A stretch of DNA of 64,000 nt from an uncultured SAR86 cluster bacterium (GTDB lineage Bacteria; Pseudomonadota; Gammaproteobacteria; Magnimaribacterales; AG-339-G14). The stretch covers positions 6,568-70,567 of the forward strand of contig CACAWS010000004.1 in NCBI GenBank assembly GCA_902536295.1. Reading direction: 5' to 3'. Both the position numbers and the translations under genes were made by a program. How positions within the stretch are numbered: the first letter of the stretch is position 1; each line of letters starts with the position of its first letter. Positions 47,917 through 59,168 of the stretch are shown one piece after another. The notes beneath the pieces are model-generated. The model searched no databases. It had not been told where the DNA came from and was given only the letters and a program-made list of their open reading frames with translations.

Positions 47917-48720
47917 ATGAGCGAAGTAATAAATGAAATTAATGAATCAGGAATAATGACTGTTAAATTAAATAGACCAGAAAGTTTGAATAGTTTGAAT
48001 TATGGTCTCGTCACAGGAGTTATTGAAGCTTTTAACGAAGCTGCATCCAATGAAAGTGTAAGAGCAGTTATCTTAACTGGTGAAGGCAGAGGATTTTGTT
48101 CAGGAGCTGATTTAAGCGGTGGAGGTTGGCCGACAGAACCAGAATGGTCTACTGGTGAAATTTCAGCAAAAAACATGGAATTTTATTTAAATCCAATGAT
48201 AAAAAAAATAGTTAACTGTCCCAAGCCTGTTGTTAATGCTATAAATGGCATTGCCGCCGGAGGTGGCGTAGGTTTAGCTTTAAGTGGAGATATTTTAATA
48301 GCTGCCAAATCAGCTAGGTTCAAATTAGTATTTGGGAAACAATTAGGAATTATCTCAGATGTTGGTGCCTCGTGGTTTGTTCCGAAATTAATCTCTAGAG
48401 CAAGAGCAAATGCTCTCGCTTTACTCGGCGAAGATCTTCATGCTGAACAGGCAGAGGATTGGGGGCTCATTTGGAAAACTTACGAAGATGATTCTTTAAT
48501 GGATCAAGCGATGAAAATTGCTTTGCAAATTTCTGATAGTGCTATCGAAGGATTGAAAGCATGCGTTCATGCACATGATAATGCTACTAATGTGTCTCTA
48601 GACGAACAATTAGATTATGAAATTAAAACTCAAAGAGTGCTCTGTGATGAACCTGCATTTAAAGAAGGAGTTTTAGCTTTTCTTGAAAAAAGAAAACCTA
48701 ATTTTAGGAATTTGAAATAG
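47917..48720 (+). CDS. enoyl-CoA hydratase/isomerase (crotonase family)
   Basis: 267 aa with GEGRGFCSGADL and GIAAGGG oxyanion-hole motifs. Confidence 0.85.
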   Translation: MSEVINEINESGIMTVKLNRPESLNSLNYGLVTGVIEAFNEAASNESVRAVILTGEGRGFCSGADLSGGGWPTEPEWSTGEISAKNMEFYLNPMIKKIVNCPKPVVNAINGIAAGGGVGLALSGDILIAAKSARFKLVFGKQLGIISDVGASWFVPKLISRARANALALLGEDLHAEQAEDWGLIWKTYEDDSLMDQAMKIALQISDSAIEGLKACVHAHDNATNVSLDEQLDYEIKTQRVLCDEPAFKEGVLAFLEKRKPNFRNLK

Positions 48721-49840
48721 ACAGTTTATTTAATATTTCTAAATAAATTTTACTGAGATCTTCTAAATCTTTTACAGAAACATTTTCATCAATTTTATGA
48801 ATTGATTCATTTAAAGGCCCTAGCTCAACTATTTCAGCATCCATGACCGGCATAAATCTGCCATCTGAGGTACCCCCTCCATTATTTATGACTGGCTCTC
48901 TGCCTAAAACCTGTTTTATTGAATCTATCACTAAATCTACAAAAAAAGTTTTTGTTGTTAAAAATGGAAGGCCACTAAGATTCCACTCAATTTTATAATT
49001 TATCTTATGAGAGCTTAAAATCTTTTCAAACTCATTTATCAAACTTTCGCTTGTTGATTCTGAACAAAATCTAAAATTAAAATCCATTTCTAATTCACCG
49101 GGTACAATATTTCCAGCCCCTGTCCCTGATTTTATGTTTGAGATTTGAAATGAAGTAGGCTGAAAATGGTCATTACCCAAATCCCATTTTTTTTCTCTGA
49201 GCTCTGTGATGATGTCAGAGATTAAAAAAATTGGATTAATTATCTTTTCTGGATATGCAATATGACCTTGTTTCCCAAAAACTTTTAATTTGCCGCTAAG
49301 AGATCCTCTCCTTCCAATTCTAATTGTATCTCCAACCTTTTCTGAAGATGAGGGCTCACCGACCAAACAATAATCTATTTTCTCTCCTCTTTGAATAAGC
49401 TTTTCAAGAAGCACATCTATGAAACCATCAGATGATTCTCCTTCCTCATTACTAGTTAATAAAATAGCTATTTTGAAGTTTTTATTTTCTTTAATTTTAA
49501 TAAATTCAGTAAGGGCTTTTATGAAAGCGCAAATATTTCCTTTCATGTCCGCGGCTCCACGGCCAAAAATCTTTCCATCGACTTTCGTTCCAGAGAATGG
49601 AGGGTGAGTCCATAATTCTTCCGGGCCTGTTGGTACAACGTCGGTATGCCCTAAAAAACAAAATGTAGGGCCGTCATTTCCGAAAGTAGAATAAAGATTT
49701 TCTACGTTCTTATAGTCTATTCTTTCTGACTTAAATCCAAGATCAGTCAAAATTGGTTCAATAATATCGAAACAACCTTTATCTCTTGGAGATATAGATT
49801 CAATTTTTATTAGGTCGGTTATTAAGTTTTCAAGGTTCAT
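48704..49840 (-). CDS. dapE: succinyl-diaminopimelate desuccinylase (M20 peptidase)
   Basis: 378 aa with GHTDVVP, GRGAADMKG and SNEEG motifs. Size and layout are typical of DapE. Confidence 0.85.
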   Translation of the reverse strand: MNLENLITDLIKIESISPRDKGCFDIIEPILTDLGFKSERIDYKNVENLYSTFGNDGPTFCFLGHTDVVPTGPEELWTHPPFSGTKVDGKIFGRGAADMKGNICAFIKALTEFIKIKENKNFKIAILLTSNEEGESSDGFIDVLLEKLIQRGEKIDYCLVGEPSSSEKVGDTIRIGRRGSLSGKLKVFGKQGHIAYPEKIINPIFLISDIITELREKKWDLGNDHFQPTSFQISNIKSGTGAGNIVPGELEMDFNFRFCSESTSESLINEFEKILSSHKINYKIEWNLSGLPFLTTKTFFVDLVIDSIKQVLGREPVINNGGGTSDGRFMPVMDAEIVELGPLNESIHKIDENVSVKDLEDLSKIYLEILNKLSISNS

Positions 49841-49933
49841 TTTTTGTAAGTCTAAAACATTTTTAACTAATTATTAAAAAAATTTTTTTTCACTGGTAGA
49901 ATATTTTTTTAAATATATAAAAGAAGGGAATAT

Positions 49934-52102
49934 ATGACTGAATATGTAAACAAAGGCGATTTAAAAGTTTCTAAAAGCTTAGACGACCTTATAAGTGAAA
50001 AAGTTTGTCAATCTATTGAACTCACTCCAGAGATATTTTGGAGTAAATTTGAAGAAATTCTAAAAAAGTTTTCACCTAAAAATGTGGAGCTTCTAGAAAA
50101 AAGAGAATCACTCCAAAAACAAATAGATAACTGGCACATTACTAATAAAGATAAAGATTTTGACAAAAAAGCTTATAAAGAATTTCTCAAAGAGATTGGA
50201 TATTTATTAGACGAAGGAAGTGATTTTGCTATTGAAACAGAAAACGTAGATCCAGAAATATCTTCAATAGCTGGCCCCCAACTTGTTGTTCCGGTAATGA
50301 ATGCTAGGTTTGCTTTAAATGCTGCAAATGCTAGATGGGGAAGTTTATATGATGCGTTGTATGGAACAGATGTGATTTCTGAAGAAGGCGGTGCTGAAAG
50401 GGGAGGCGCTTATAATTCTATTAGAGGGAATAAAGTAATTGAATTTTCGAAAAAATTCCTTGACGAAACCTTTCCTCTGACTTCAGGAAGTTTTTCTGAA
50501 ATTACCGCATTCCAAATAATGGATGGAAAGTTACAAATAACACTTGCTGATCAAAGCCAAGTATCAATAAACGACGAATCAAAATTTGTTGGTTTCGTTG
50601 GTACTGAAGATAATCCAACTGGTATTTTATTAAAAAATAATAATCTTCATATGGAAATCCAAATTGATCGAACTGATAACATTGGGTCCGATGACCCAGC
50701 TGGTATTAAAGACGTATTAGTTGAAAGCGCAATAACAACAATTCAAGATTGCGAAGATTCAGTAGCAGCTGTCGACGGTGAAGATAAAGCGCAGGTTTAC
50801 GAAAATTGGTTAGGACTAATGAAAGGTGATTTAGCAGAAACTTTTCAAAAAAATGATCAAACTATGACGCGAGTTCTCAATCAGGATAGAGACTATTTAA
50901 AACCTGATGGCGAATCTTTTTCTTTGCCTGGTAGAAGTACTCTATTGGTAAGAAATGTTGGGCACTTGATGACTAATCCAGCAATTCTAGACAAAGATGG
51001 GAATGAAGTTTTCGAAGGGATTATGGATGCAATGTTCACTATTGCAATTGCAAAGCATGATCTTTTAAACACCGGATCAACAGTAAATAGTAAAACTAAA
51101 AGTATTTATATTGTAAAACCTAAGATGCATGGTCCTGAAGAAGTCAAATTTACCTGTGATCTATTTGCTGCCGTTGAATCTGCATTAGGTCTAGAGCCTT
51201 TAACCGTTAAAATTGGAATTATGGATGAAGAAAGAAGAACTACAGTGAATTTAAAAGAATGTATAAGAATTGCTAAGGATAGAGTTATTTTCATTAATAC
51301 TGGCTTCTTGGATAGAACAGGCGATGAAATTCATACTAGTATTGAAGCAGGTCCAATGATCAAAAAATCGGAAATGAAGCAACAAACTTGGATAAACGCT
51401 TATGAAAACTGGAATGTTGATACAGGCTTGGAAACTGGTTTCAAAGGCAAAGCGCAAATTGGAAAAGGGATGTGGGCAATGCCTGATGAAATGTTAGCAA
51501 TGTACGAAGGCAAAACTAATCATCCCGAAGCAGGCGCTAATTGTGCTTGGGTTCCATCTCCAACAGCAGCTACTTTGCACGCCTTACATTATCATCAGAT
51601 CGCTGTTTCAAAAGTGCAAGAAAATTTATTAAGACAAGAAAAAGCAGACCTTGATGATATTTTAGAAATTCCTTTGCTCAAAGATCCTGCCTCACTTACC
51701 TCTGAAGAAATTCAAAATGAATTAGATAATAATGCTCAAGGTATCTTAGGGTATGTCGTCCGATGGGTTGATCAAGGTGTCGGTTGCTCAAAAGTTCCTG
51801 ATATTAATAATGTTGGTTTAATGGAAGATAGAGCTACTTGTAGAATCTCGAGTCAACATATTGCTAATTGGTTGTTGCATGGACTTTGTGATGAGTCTCA
51901 AGTAATGGAAACCATGAAAAAAATGGCGATTGTCGTCGATGAACAAAACTCTGGAGATCCTAAATATATACCCATGGCTCCAAATTATGATGGTGAAGCC
52001 TTCAAGGCTGCTTGTGCTCTGGTGTTGGAGGGGAGAAATCAACCAAGCGGATATACAGAACCAATTTTACATTCCAAGCGCTTAGACTATAAAGCCCAGT
52101 GA
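49934..52102 (+). CDS. glcB: malate synthase G
   Basis: 722 aa, the length and pattern typical of the G isoform ([47 protein letters not shown]). Confidence 0.93.
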   Translation: MTEYVNKGDLKVSKSLDDLISEKVCQSIELTPEIFWSKFEEILKKFSPKNVELLEKRESLQKQIDNWHITNKDKDFDKKAYKEFLKEIGYLLDEGSDFAIETENVDPEISSIAGPQLVVPVMNARFALNAANARWGSLYDALYGTDVISEEGGAERGGAYNSIRGNKVIEFSKKFLDETFPLTSGSFSEITAFQIMDGKLQITLADQSQVSINDESKFVGFVGTEDNPTGILLKNNNLHMEIQIDRTDNIGSDDPAGIKDVLVESAITTIQDCEDSVAAVDGEDKAQVYENWLGLMKGDLAETFQKNDQTMTRVLNQDRDYLKPDGESFSLPGRSTLLVRNVGHLMTNPAILDKDGNEVFEGIMDAMFTIAIAKHDLLNTGSTVNSKTKSIYIVKPKMHGPEEVKFTCDLFAAVESALGLEPLTVKIGIMDEERRTTVNLKECIRIAKDRVIFINTGFLDRTGDEIHTSIEAGPMIKKSEMKQQTWINAYENWNVDTGLETGFKGKAQIGKGMWAMPDEMLAMYEGKTNHPEAGANCAWVPSPTAATLHALHYHQIAVSKVQENLLRQEKADLDDILEIPLLKDPASLTSEEIQNELDNNAQGILGYVVRWVDQGVGCSKVPDINNVGLMEDRATCRISSQHIANWLLHGLCDESQVMETMKKMAIVVDEQNSGDPKYIPMAPNYDGEAFKAACALVLEGRNQPSGYTEPILHSKRLDYKAQ

Positions 52103-53103
52103 ACTCCTTAGAAGACTTCCTTAAGTGGTTAAGTCTTCACAAAGAAGAAACTATAGATCCAGAAAGGCCGATAATTGATCCACATCATCATTTTTGGCCA
52201 GGAGATATGCACTATCTTCTTGAAGATCTTTGGCAAGATACCGAAAGCGGTCATAATGTTAAGAAAACCGTTTTCATTGAATGTTCCCAAGAATATTTAA
52301 AAGTTGGCGATAAGGATTTTGCCCCTGTTGGTGAAACTATATTTGTAAAAAACATTTGTGATTTAGCTAAAAAAGAAAAACATAGAACTCAGATAGAGGG
52401 AATTGTTGGACATGTAAATTTAATGATTGGCGCTGAAAAGACGGTTTCAGTTTTAAGAAGTCACCTTGAGGTAGGCGGAGCTTTATTCAAAGGTATACGC
52501 CATGCAGGAGGATGGGATCATCATCCTGAATTATCTAACTCGCATCATAATCCGCCAAAAAATTTATATTTAAATGAGACTTTTTTAGCAAGTCTAAATG
52601 AGCTAAGCAATCTGAACTTATCTTTTGAAGCTTGGCAGTATCATCATCAAGTCAATCAAGTTAAAAAAATAGCGGAACTCCTTCCAAAATTGAAAATTGT
52701 TTTAAATCATTTCAGCGGTCCTATTGGAATTGGTCCTTACGCAAATAAAAAAGATGAAATTTTTGAAATTTGGAAAACTGACATACGTGAGCTAGCTAAA
52801 CATGAAAATGTTTATGCAAAACTGGGTGGCATGGCAATGCCAATTAATGGATATGAATTTCATAAGCAAGTATCGCCTGCGACTTCCGATCAATTAGTTC
52901 AAGAACAAAAACATTATTATCACTATTTGATCTCAAATTTCGGACCTGAAAGGTGCATGTTTGAAAGCAATTTTCCAGTTGATAAGCAATCTATTTCTTA
53001 TAACGTTGTTTGGAATGCTTTTAAAAAAATGGCTAAAAGCTATACAAGTGAAGACAAAGACCTAATGTTCTATAAAACGGCTGAAAGTTTTTACAAGTTA
53101 TAA
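52099..53103 (+). CDS. amidohydrolase-2 family metal-dependent hydrolase (lactonase/decarboxylase-type TIM barrel)
   Basis: 334 aa with the IDPHHHFWP metal-binding motif near the N-terminus. The GTG start overlaps the glcB stop (GTGA). Confidence 0.65.
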   Translation: MNSLEDFLKWLSLHKEETIDPERPIIDPHHHFWPGDMHYLLEDLWQDTESGHNVKKTVFIECSQEYLKVGDKDFAPVGETIFVKNICDLAKKEKHRTQIEGIVGHVNLMIGAEKTVSVLRSHLEVGGALFKGIRHAGGWDHHPELSNSHHNPPKNLYLNETFLASLNELSNLNLSFEAWQYHHQVNQVKKIAELLPKLKIVLNHFSGPIGIGPYANKKDEIFEIWKTDIRELAKHENVYAKLGGMAMPINGYEFHKQVSPATSDQLVQEQKHYYHYLISNFGPERCMFESNFPVDKQSISYNVVWNAFKKMAKSYTSEDKDLMFYKTAESFYKL

Positions 53104-53104
53104 T

Positions 53105-54202
53105 TTACTGGTTAAATCCTTGTAGCTCTGCTGCTTCTTCTCTAACAATCTCAGGAGCTCCAAGAATTTGACGATTTAAGCCAATTCTTTTGAACCAATA
53201 ATGTAAGCCTAGAAGATCTGTAAAGCCCATCCCTCCATGAACTTCAGTAGCTTTTTTTGAGATCATTTTTCCAACCTCAGATGTGTGCGATTTCGACTGA
53301 CAAGCAAGCAGCCTAGAAGAATTAATTTCTTCTGTATCGAAAGAATGAGCGGCTTGCCAGACAAGAGAATAACAGGGTTCTAAATCTGCAGCCATCTCCG
53401 CACACATATGTTTAACCGCTTGAAAAGAGCCGATAGTGCGATTAAATTGTTTGCGTTCTTTTGAGTAAGTAACTGCTTTCTCTACCATAGCTTCAGAAGC
53501 ACCAACTGTATCTGCTGCAAGGATTATTCTTCCTGCATCAATAACCTTTTTTGCTATTTCATTATTATCTGCTGTCAAAGCTAGCATTTCTGCATCTACG
53601 TTTTCTAATATAATTTCGTGAAACGTACGCGTTTTATCGACTGTTGTTAATTTATTTATTTTCGTACCTTTATCATTAGCATCGATAATGAAAATATTTC
53701 CAGATTTATTTGCTAGGATTATAAATTCTGATTTCTCAGCATCCAATACAAATAGGGCGCGACCATTTAATTTATTTTTGGAAAATTCTATTCCAGCGTC
53801 TTCTCTAGCTCCGACAAACTCACTCATGCCGATACCAAATCTTATTTCATTACTAGCGATTTTGGGTAAATAATTTTTTCTTTGTTCTTCATCTCCACCT
53901 AGATTAATTGCAATTGGTGCCATCACATATGATCCAACAAAAGGAATTGGACCAACTCCAGAGCCGAGAGCTTGTGCCACCGCGACCGCGTGTAAAAGTC
54001 CTGCTCCTAAGCCGTTATACTTTTCAGGAATAAGAAGAGTATTAACGCCTAAATTTAAAATGCCATCGAAAATATTTTTTTCTAGCTCTTCATCTTCACC
54101 GTTTGCAATTTTTCGTATTTCATCAACCGAGGCATTATCAGCAAGAAATTTTTTTACAAAATCCTGAATGGATTCTTGTTCTTCAGATAATCCAAAATAC
54201 AT
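53105..54202 (-). CDS. acyl-CoA dehydrogenase family protein (short, 365 aa; possibly a non-catalytic partner subunit)
   Basis: It has the ACAD fold (YSKERKQFNRTIGSFQAVKH, EVHGGMGFT). By eye there is no Glu at either usual catalytic-base position (..ILGAPEIV.. and ..DAGRIIL..). Confidence 0.7.
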   Translation of the reverse strand: MYFGLSEEQESIQDFVKKFLADNASVDEIRKIANGEDEELEKNIFDGILNLGVNTLLIPEKYNGLGAGLLHAVAVAQALGSGVGPIPFVGSYVMAPIAINLGGDEEQRKNYLPKIASNEIRFGIGMSEFVGAREDAGIEFSKNKLNGRALFVLDAEKSEFIILANKSGNIFIIDANDKGTKINKLTTVDKTRTFHEIILENVDAEMLALTADNNEIAKKVIDAGRIILAADTVGASEAMVEKAVTYSKERKQFNRTIGSFQAVKHMCAEMAADLEPCYSLVWQAAHSFDTEEINSSRLLACQSKSHTSEVGKMISKKATEVHGGMGFTDLLGLHYWFKRIGLNRQILGAPEIVREEAAELQGFNQ

Positions 54203-54204
54203 GG

Positions 54205-55449
54205 TTATACCTCAACTTGAACTTTCGGTTCTCTTGGCATTCCCAAGCCTCTTTCAGAGATGATATTTTTCTGAATCTGATTGGTGCCGCCACCAATTAT
54301 GAGCCCCAAAAAATACATATAAGTAAATTGCCAAGAACCACCACCTCGAACGTTAGGATCGTCTTCATAAAGAGTTCCAAGCTCTCCCATAATATCGATA
54401 GCAAGGCCTTCTAATTCATGACGAAGTTCAGTACCCACTAATTTTTGAATCATGCCTCCAAGTTTTACATTTTGTCCTGGATTTATTTTTGCTGAAAGGA
54501 GTCTCAAAGAATGGGCTTGTGCAGCTAAAACTTTACCCTGGACTTGTAGTAGTCTGTCTCGATAGGAAGCCACATCAATTAATCTTCTTCCATCAATTGT
54601 TTCTTCTTTCATTAAATTTATTAAGTTATTTAATCTATTTAAAGTGACATTAGGATTTGCAAGAGAGCCTCTTTCGTGACCTAGTACAGAGTTCGCTACA
54701 GACCATCCTTCTCCTCTTTTTCCTACAATATTCTCTTCTGGAACAGTAACATCATCAAAGAATACTTCGTTGAATCCAGCCTTTAAGGTCATGTCAACTA
54801 AAGGCCTAATTTCAATACCAGGAGTGTCCATAGGGATTAAAATAAAGCTTATCCCTGCATGTTTTGATGCTTCCGGTTCTGTTCTTACTAAACAAAACAT
54901 CATTTGAGAATATTGAGCAGTACTGGTCCATATTTTTTGACCATTTATTACCCAATTTCCATTAATTAATTCTCCCTTTGTTTGCAAGCTTGCTAAATCA
55001 CTTCCTGCGTTTGGCTCAGAATAACCTTGACACCAAATTGTTTCACCATGAAGTGTGGATTCAATGTATTGTTGCTTTTGTTCCTCAGTTCCCCATTCAA
55101 GAAGAGTAGGGACCAGCATATCAATGCCTTGTCCTCCCATTGCATTTGGCACTTTATATTTTGCGAATGCTCCAGCTATAATTCTGCTTTTAATAATATC
55201 TGGTTCACCTCCATAACCACCATATTCCTTGGGAATCGATCTGGCAAAGTATCCTTTATCTATCAAAAGTTTTTGCCATTCTGACCTACCTACAGATTTT
55301 CCTGAATTAGGTGATGCGTTACCAGATAAGGCATCATGCATTTCAAACTTTTTGTCATCAGATGTAATGATTGCGCCGCTGTACTCTTTACAAAAATTTT
55401 CTACTTCTTGGGTAAATTCGTCATACTCAGAACCAAATTCTAAATTCAT
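54205..55449 (-). CDS. acyl-CoA dehydrogenase
   Basis: 414 aa with WCQGYSEPNAGSDLASL and the C-terminal GGGTNQIQKNIISE. It lies 2 bp upstream of the 365-aa ACAD gene on the same strand. Confidence 0.82.
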   Translation of the reverse strand: MNLEFGSEYDEFTQEVENFCKEYSGAIITSDDKKFEMHDALSGNASPNSGKSVGRSEWQKLLIDKGYFARSIPKEYGGYGGEPDIIKSRIIAGAFAKYKVPNAMGGQGIDMLVPTLLEWGTEEQKQQYIESTLHGETIWCQGYSEPNAGSDLASLQTKGELINGNWVINGQKIWTSTAQYSQMMFCLVRTEPEASKHAGISFILIPMDTPGIEIRPLVDMTLKAGFNEVFFDDVTVPEENIVGKRGEGWSVANSVLGHERGSLANPNVTLNRLNNLINLMKEETIDGRRLIDVASYRDRLLQVQGKVLAAQAHSLRLLSAKINPGQNVKLGGMIQKLVGTELRHELEGLAIDIMGELGTLYEDDPNVRGGGSWQFTYMYFLGLIIGGGTNQIQKNIISERGLGMPREPKVQVEV

Positions 55450-55584
55450 AATAAACTCCTAATACAAAAATATATCTTATAAGTTTCTCGTCAAAAATTC
55501 ATCGAAAAACCAATAATTATTTAATTAATCTGTAATTTTAAATTTCTTAAAATATTCTATATATAAAAATATTCTCTCAACCGA

Positions 55585-56331
55585 TCAAATGATGAATAAC
55601 AACCAAATTCCTGATAAAGAAATATGTGGTCCAAATGCTAATTTTTCAAAAGTTTCTTTGTTTTTGAATAGGTACCAGGTAATACCTGATAGCGAAGAAA
55701 CTAATAAAATAAACGGTAAATTATAGATAGTAAAAAACAATGAAAGGTTCGATAATAAAATTACGTCGCCCCAACCAAAAGAATCTTTTTTTAAAATAAA
55801 ATCTCCTAAATATTTAACTAAAAACAATAAACCTAAACATATTAAAAAAGAAGATAAACTTAAAACTAAGTTAGAGTTAAAGAAAGCAAGTAAACAGCCA
55901 TTTAAAAAAAGCAATAAATTTAACGACAGAGGAATTTTAAAAAAACTTTCATCTATTCGCGAAATTAAAATTAAAGTAAAAACAAAAATACAATTTATAA
56001 GATAAATATAATTTATGAACTCAGCTTTAATAAGTAATAAAGAAAATAAGATTCCTAACAAGATTTCAAAAAAAGGGTAACTTATGGAAATATCTTTTTT
56101 ACAGGATTTGCATTTACCTAGTTGAATAAAATAACTTAAAACCGGTATCAAAGAAAACACTGATAAAGCTTCTTTACAATTTGGACAAAAGGATCTTGGA
56201 AAAGAAAGCCCCAAATTAGGATATTCCTTCAAAGTTTCTCTATAGCTTAGCAAGAAAGGGATTCTATAAGCCATGCTATTTAGAAAACTTCCAAATATCA
56301 ATCCGAATAAAAATGCGTACAATATTTCCAT
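55585..56331 (-). CDS. gspO: prepilin peptidase / N-methyltransferase (A24 family; GspO/PilD)
   Basis: 248 aa with the FGSFLN N-terminus, two Cys pairs (CPNCKE, CKSCKK) and a polytopic membrane core with conserved Asp contexts. Confidence 0.82.
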   Translation of the reverse strand: MEILYAFLFGLIFGSFLNSMAYRIPFLLSYRETLKEYPNLGLSFPRSFCPNCKEALSVFSLIPVLSYFIQLGKCKSCKKDISISYPFFEILLGILFSLLLIKAEFINYIYLINCIFVFTLILISRIDESFFKIPLSLNLLLFLNGCLLAFFNSNLVLSLSSFLICLGLLFLVKYLGDFILKKDSFGWGDVILLSNLSLFFTIYNLPFILLVSSLSGITWYLFKNKETFEKLAFGPHISLSGIWLLFII

Positions 56332-56427
56332 ACAATATTAAGAATAAATTCACACTTAAATAACTTTAATATAGCTTTTATATTAGATAATATGAACTTG
56401 TAAAATTTTTTTAAATTTAGTTTCAAG

Positions 56428-57258
56428 GTGAATATAGATCTTTTAGATATTTATAAAAAAACTATCAGTTTTGTTGCCAATAGGGCCAAAATTATTTTGA
56501 TTAGCGTTGTCGTTCTGGTATTTTCTTTTGAGACATCAAATATAATTTTAGAAATTGTTTTCGCTGACAAACCTGCAATCAATAATTCTGCTTCCTCTAA
56601 AATTCAGATAAAAAAAGTCAATAGTAATCCTTTTCAGGCAAATTATTCTCAAACTATATCTCTGACTTCTAATTTAGCTAACAAGGCTCCAGAGACATCC
56701 TTGTCTCTTAAATTATTTGGAGTCACATCTTCGAAGGATAAAAATTTTGCGATAATAGGTTTAGATAAAACAGATCAAAAAGAGTATCAAGCAGGAGATC
56801 AGGTTTTAGATAATGTTTACTTGGAAGCCATTCATAAAGATTACGTCACAATCAATAGAGCAGGAATTTCGGAGAGTCTCTCTTTTGATAAAGCAAATTA
56901 CATTTCGGGCATAGAAAATAAAACTCAGGTAAATTCTTCTAATAAAAATCAATATAATCCAATCTCCGCTGATTGGCTTTCGAACCAAAACATTCTGGAG
57001 GCTGTTTCATTCACCCCAATTTTTACTAATGGCGCACTAACAGGTTTGGAAGTAAATCCTGGAGAAAATAAAGAGTCTTTTGTTAACTTGACCTTTATGC
57101 CTGGCGACATTCTTTACTCCATTAATGGTTCGCCAGTTTCGGATTTAAGTGAAAATTATCTTACAAATTTAGAGAGTTTATTCAATGAGCCTCAAAATCT
57201 AAATTTCACGGTACTGAGGAATAGCTATCCTTTGTCAATTGGAATAAAAATTAATTAA
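56428..57258 (+). CDS. gspC: type II secretion system protein C (TM anchor, HR domain, C-terminal PDZ)
   Basis: 276 aa with a GTG start. LFGV..., YQAGDQV..., and VYLEAIHKDYVTINRAG (HR domain) are followed by a PDZ-like GDILYSINGSPV. It lies immediately upstream of gspD. Confidence 0.7.
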   Translation: MNIDLLDIYKKTISFVANRAKIILISVVVLVFSFETSNIILEIVFADKPAINNSASSKIQIKKVNSNPFQANYSQTISLTSNLANKAPETSLSLKLFGVTSSKDKNFAIIGLDKTDQKEYQAGDQVLDNVYLEAIHKDYVTINRAGISESLSFDKANYISGIENKTQVNSSNKNQYNPISADWLSNQNILEAVSFTPIFTNGALTGLEVNPGENKESFVNLTFMPGDILYSINGSPVSDLSENYLTNLESLFNEPQNLNFTVLRNSYPLSIGIKIN

Positions 57259-57267
57259 ATAATAAGA

Positions 57268-59160
57268 ATGTTTTTAAGGAATTGCTTAAAATTTTGCTCA
57301 GTCCTGACCCTGATATTTTCGCTGGCTAGCCAAGCTGTAACAATCAATATGCGAGATGCTGACTTGAGGGCATTTATTTCAGATATTTCGTCTCTTACAG
57401 GTAAAACTTTCATAATCGACCCTAGAATAAATGCAAAAATAACCATAATTTCTCAGGAAGATTTATCCATAGATGAAGCCTATGAAGTGTTCTTGTCAGT
57501 ACTAGCTGTCAATGGATATACTGCTATAGAGCAGGATAATGCAACCAAAATAGTTCCAGAGATAAGCGGAAGACAAGCCGTTAACTCTTTTTTAAGATCT
57601 AATACTCCTACCGATAATTATGTCACTGACATAGTAAGACCTAACTCCGCCTCTGTTACCTCTTTAATATCAGTATTGAGACCTATATTATCTCCGCAGG
57701 GCCATCTAGCAGTTTATGAGCCAAATAATTCATTGATTATCGCTGATAGGGCAGGAAACGTAAAAAAAATTAAAGCCATCGTAAATGAGCTAGACAAGAT
57801 GCCAGGTGAAAAATATGAACTTATCCAACTGTCCTATTCTTCTTCAAAAGAAGTTTCAAAAATAATAGATAAAATTTTCAATGATAATTCAGGCGGAATG
57901 AATCCAAATCAATTTACTTCTTATTCAATTGATAGAACAAACAGTATTTTATTAGTTGGAGATTTGCCTATAGTCGAAAGGATGAAAAACTTAGTTCAAA
58001 GTTTAGACACTGAACAAACTGGCTCAAGCACTCTTAAAGTAAAATATCTAAAATATGCTGATGCAAAATCTTTGGAAAAAATACTAAAGAATTTATCTGA
58101 AAATTTCTCAACTCAAGGCGGTGTAAATACAAAAATCCCTACTAGCATCGAAGCTCATGAAGGAACTAATTCTCTTGTAATATCTGCTGACCCTGATGTG
58201 ATGTCAGCTATGGAGAATGTCATCTCGAGCCTTGATATTAAAAGAGCCCAAGTCCTTGTAGAAGCAATAATTGTTGAAATTTCTGATTCATTAGCTAGAG
58301 AATTAGGTGTACAAATTCTTTTCTCAGGAGATGGAAGCAACACTCCGGTTGTTTCACAACGCTTTGGAAATCCAAATCCAGATTTAACGGCTATTGTTGG
58401 AGGAGAAGTTTATGACACTACTTCAGGTTTGTCTTCGCTTCCAGCAACGGCACAATCTTTATTAACTTTAGATGGATTCGCTGCTGGTGTGGGAAAATAT
58501 ACGAAAGATGAAAAAAGTTTTGCGGCGATTCTAAATGTTTTAAGAAAAGATTCTGATTCTAACGTTCTTTCTACACCCTCGATACTTACAATGGATAATG
58601 AAGAATCCTCCATCATAGTTGGACAAGAAATTCCAATTACAACGGGCGAGTCTCTGGGAACTGATAATACAAATCCATTTAGGACAGTAAGCAGAGAAGA
58701 GGTTGGAATAAAATTGCTAGTAAAGCCTCAAATTAATGAGGGAAATTCAATTCGACTGGACATTGAGCAAGAAGTTTCTAGTGTCTTTGGGCCTTTGACA
58801 ATAGGAGCATCCGAAATTGCTACTAACAAGAGAGAAATAAAAACAGCTGTGATGGTCGAAGATAGTGAAATCATTGTTCTAGGTGGTTTGATAAGCGATG
58901 ACGTACAAGAGTTTGAAAGAAAAGTGCCTTTATTGGGAGACATACCTTTGTTAGGTAGGCTGTTTAAGTCAACTACTTCTTCAAGGTCAAAAAAGAACCT
59001 AGTCGTTTTTTTAAAACCAACGATCGTTAGAAATGTTTCCGATATGCAAATGATTACAAATGAAAAATATAATCTTCTAAAAGCCGAGCAAATCCTGAAT
59101 TCTAAGAGAGGCAGAGCAACTCCAAATTTAAAAGTACTAGAAGATTTAATTAATAAATAA
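57268..59160 (+). CDS. gspD: type II secretion system secretin GspD
   Basis: 630 aa with a signal peptide, N0-N3 domains and the secretin domain (VPLLGDIPLLGRLF, VVFLKPTIV). Confidence 0.92.
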   Translation: MFLRNCLKFCSVLTLIFSLASQAVTINMRDADLRAFISDISSLTGKTFIIDPRINAKITIISQEDLSIDEAYEVFLSVLAVNGYTAIEQDNATKIVPEISGRQAVNSFLRSNTPTDNYVTDIVRPNSASVTSLISVLRPILSPQGHLAVYEPNNSLIIADRAGNVKKIKAIVNELDKMPGEKYELIQLSYSSSKEVSKIIDKIFNDNSGGMNPNQFTSYSIDRTNSILLVGDLPIVERMKNLVQSLDTEQTGSSTLKVKYLKYADAKSLEKILKNLSENFSTQGGVNTKIPTSIEAHEGTNSLVISADPDVMSAMENVISSLDIKRAQVLVEAIIVEISDSLARELGVQILFSGDGSNTPVVSQRFGNPNPDLTAIVGGEVYDTTSGLSSLPATAQSLLTLDGFAAGVGKYTKDEKSFAAILNVLRKDSDSNVLSTPSILTMDNEESSIIVGQEIPITTGESLGTDNTNPFRTVSREEVGIKLLVKPQINEGNSIRLDIEQEVSSVFGPLTIGASEIATNKREIKTAVMVEDSEIIVLGGLISDDVQEFERKVPLLGDIPLLGRLFKSTTSSRSKKNLVVFLKPTIVRNVSDMQMITNEKYNLLKAEQILNSKRGRATPNLKVLEDLINK

Positions 59161-59168
59161 AAATTTAA

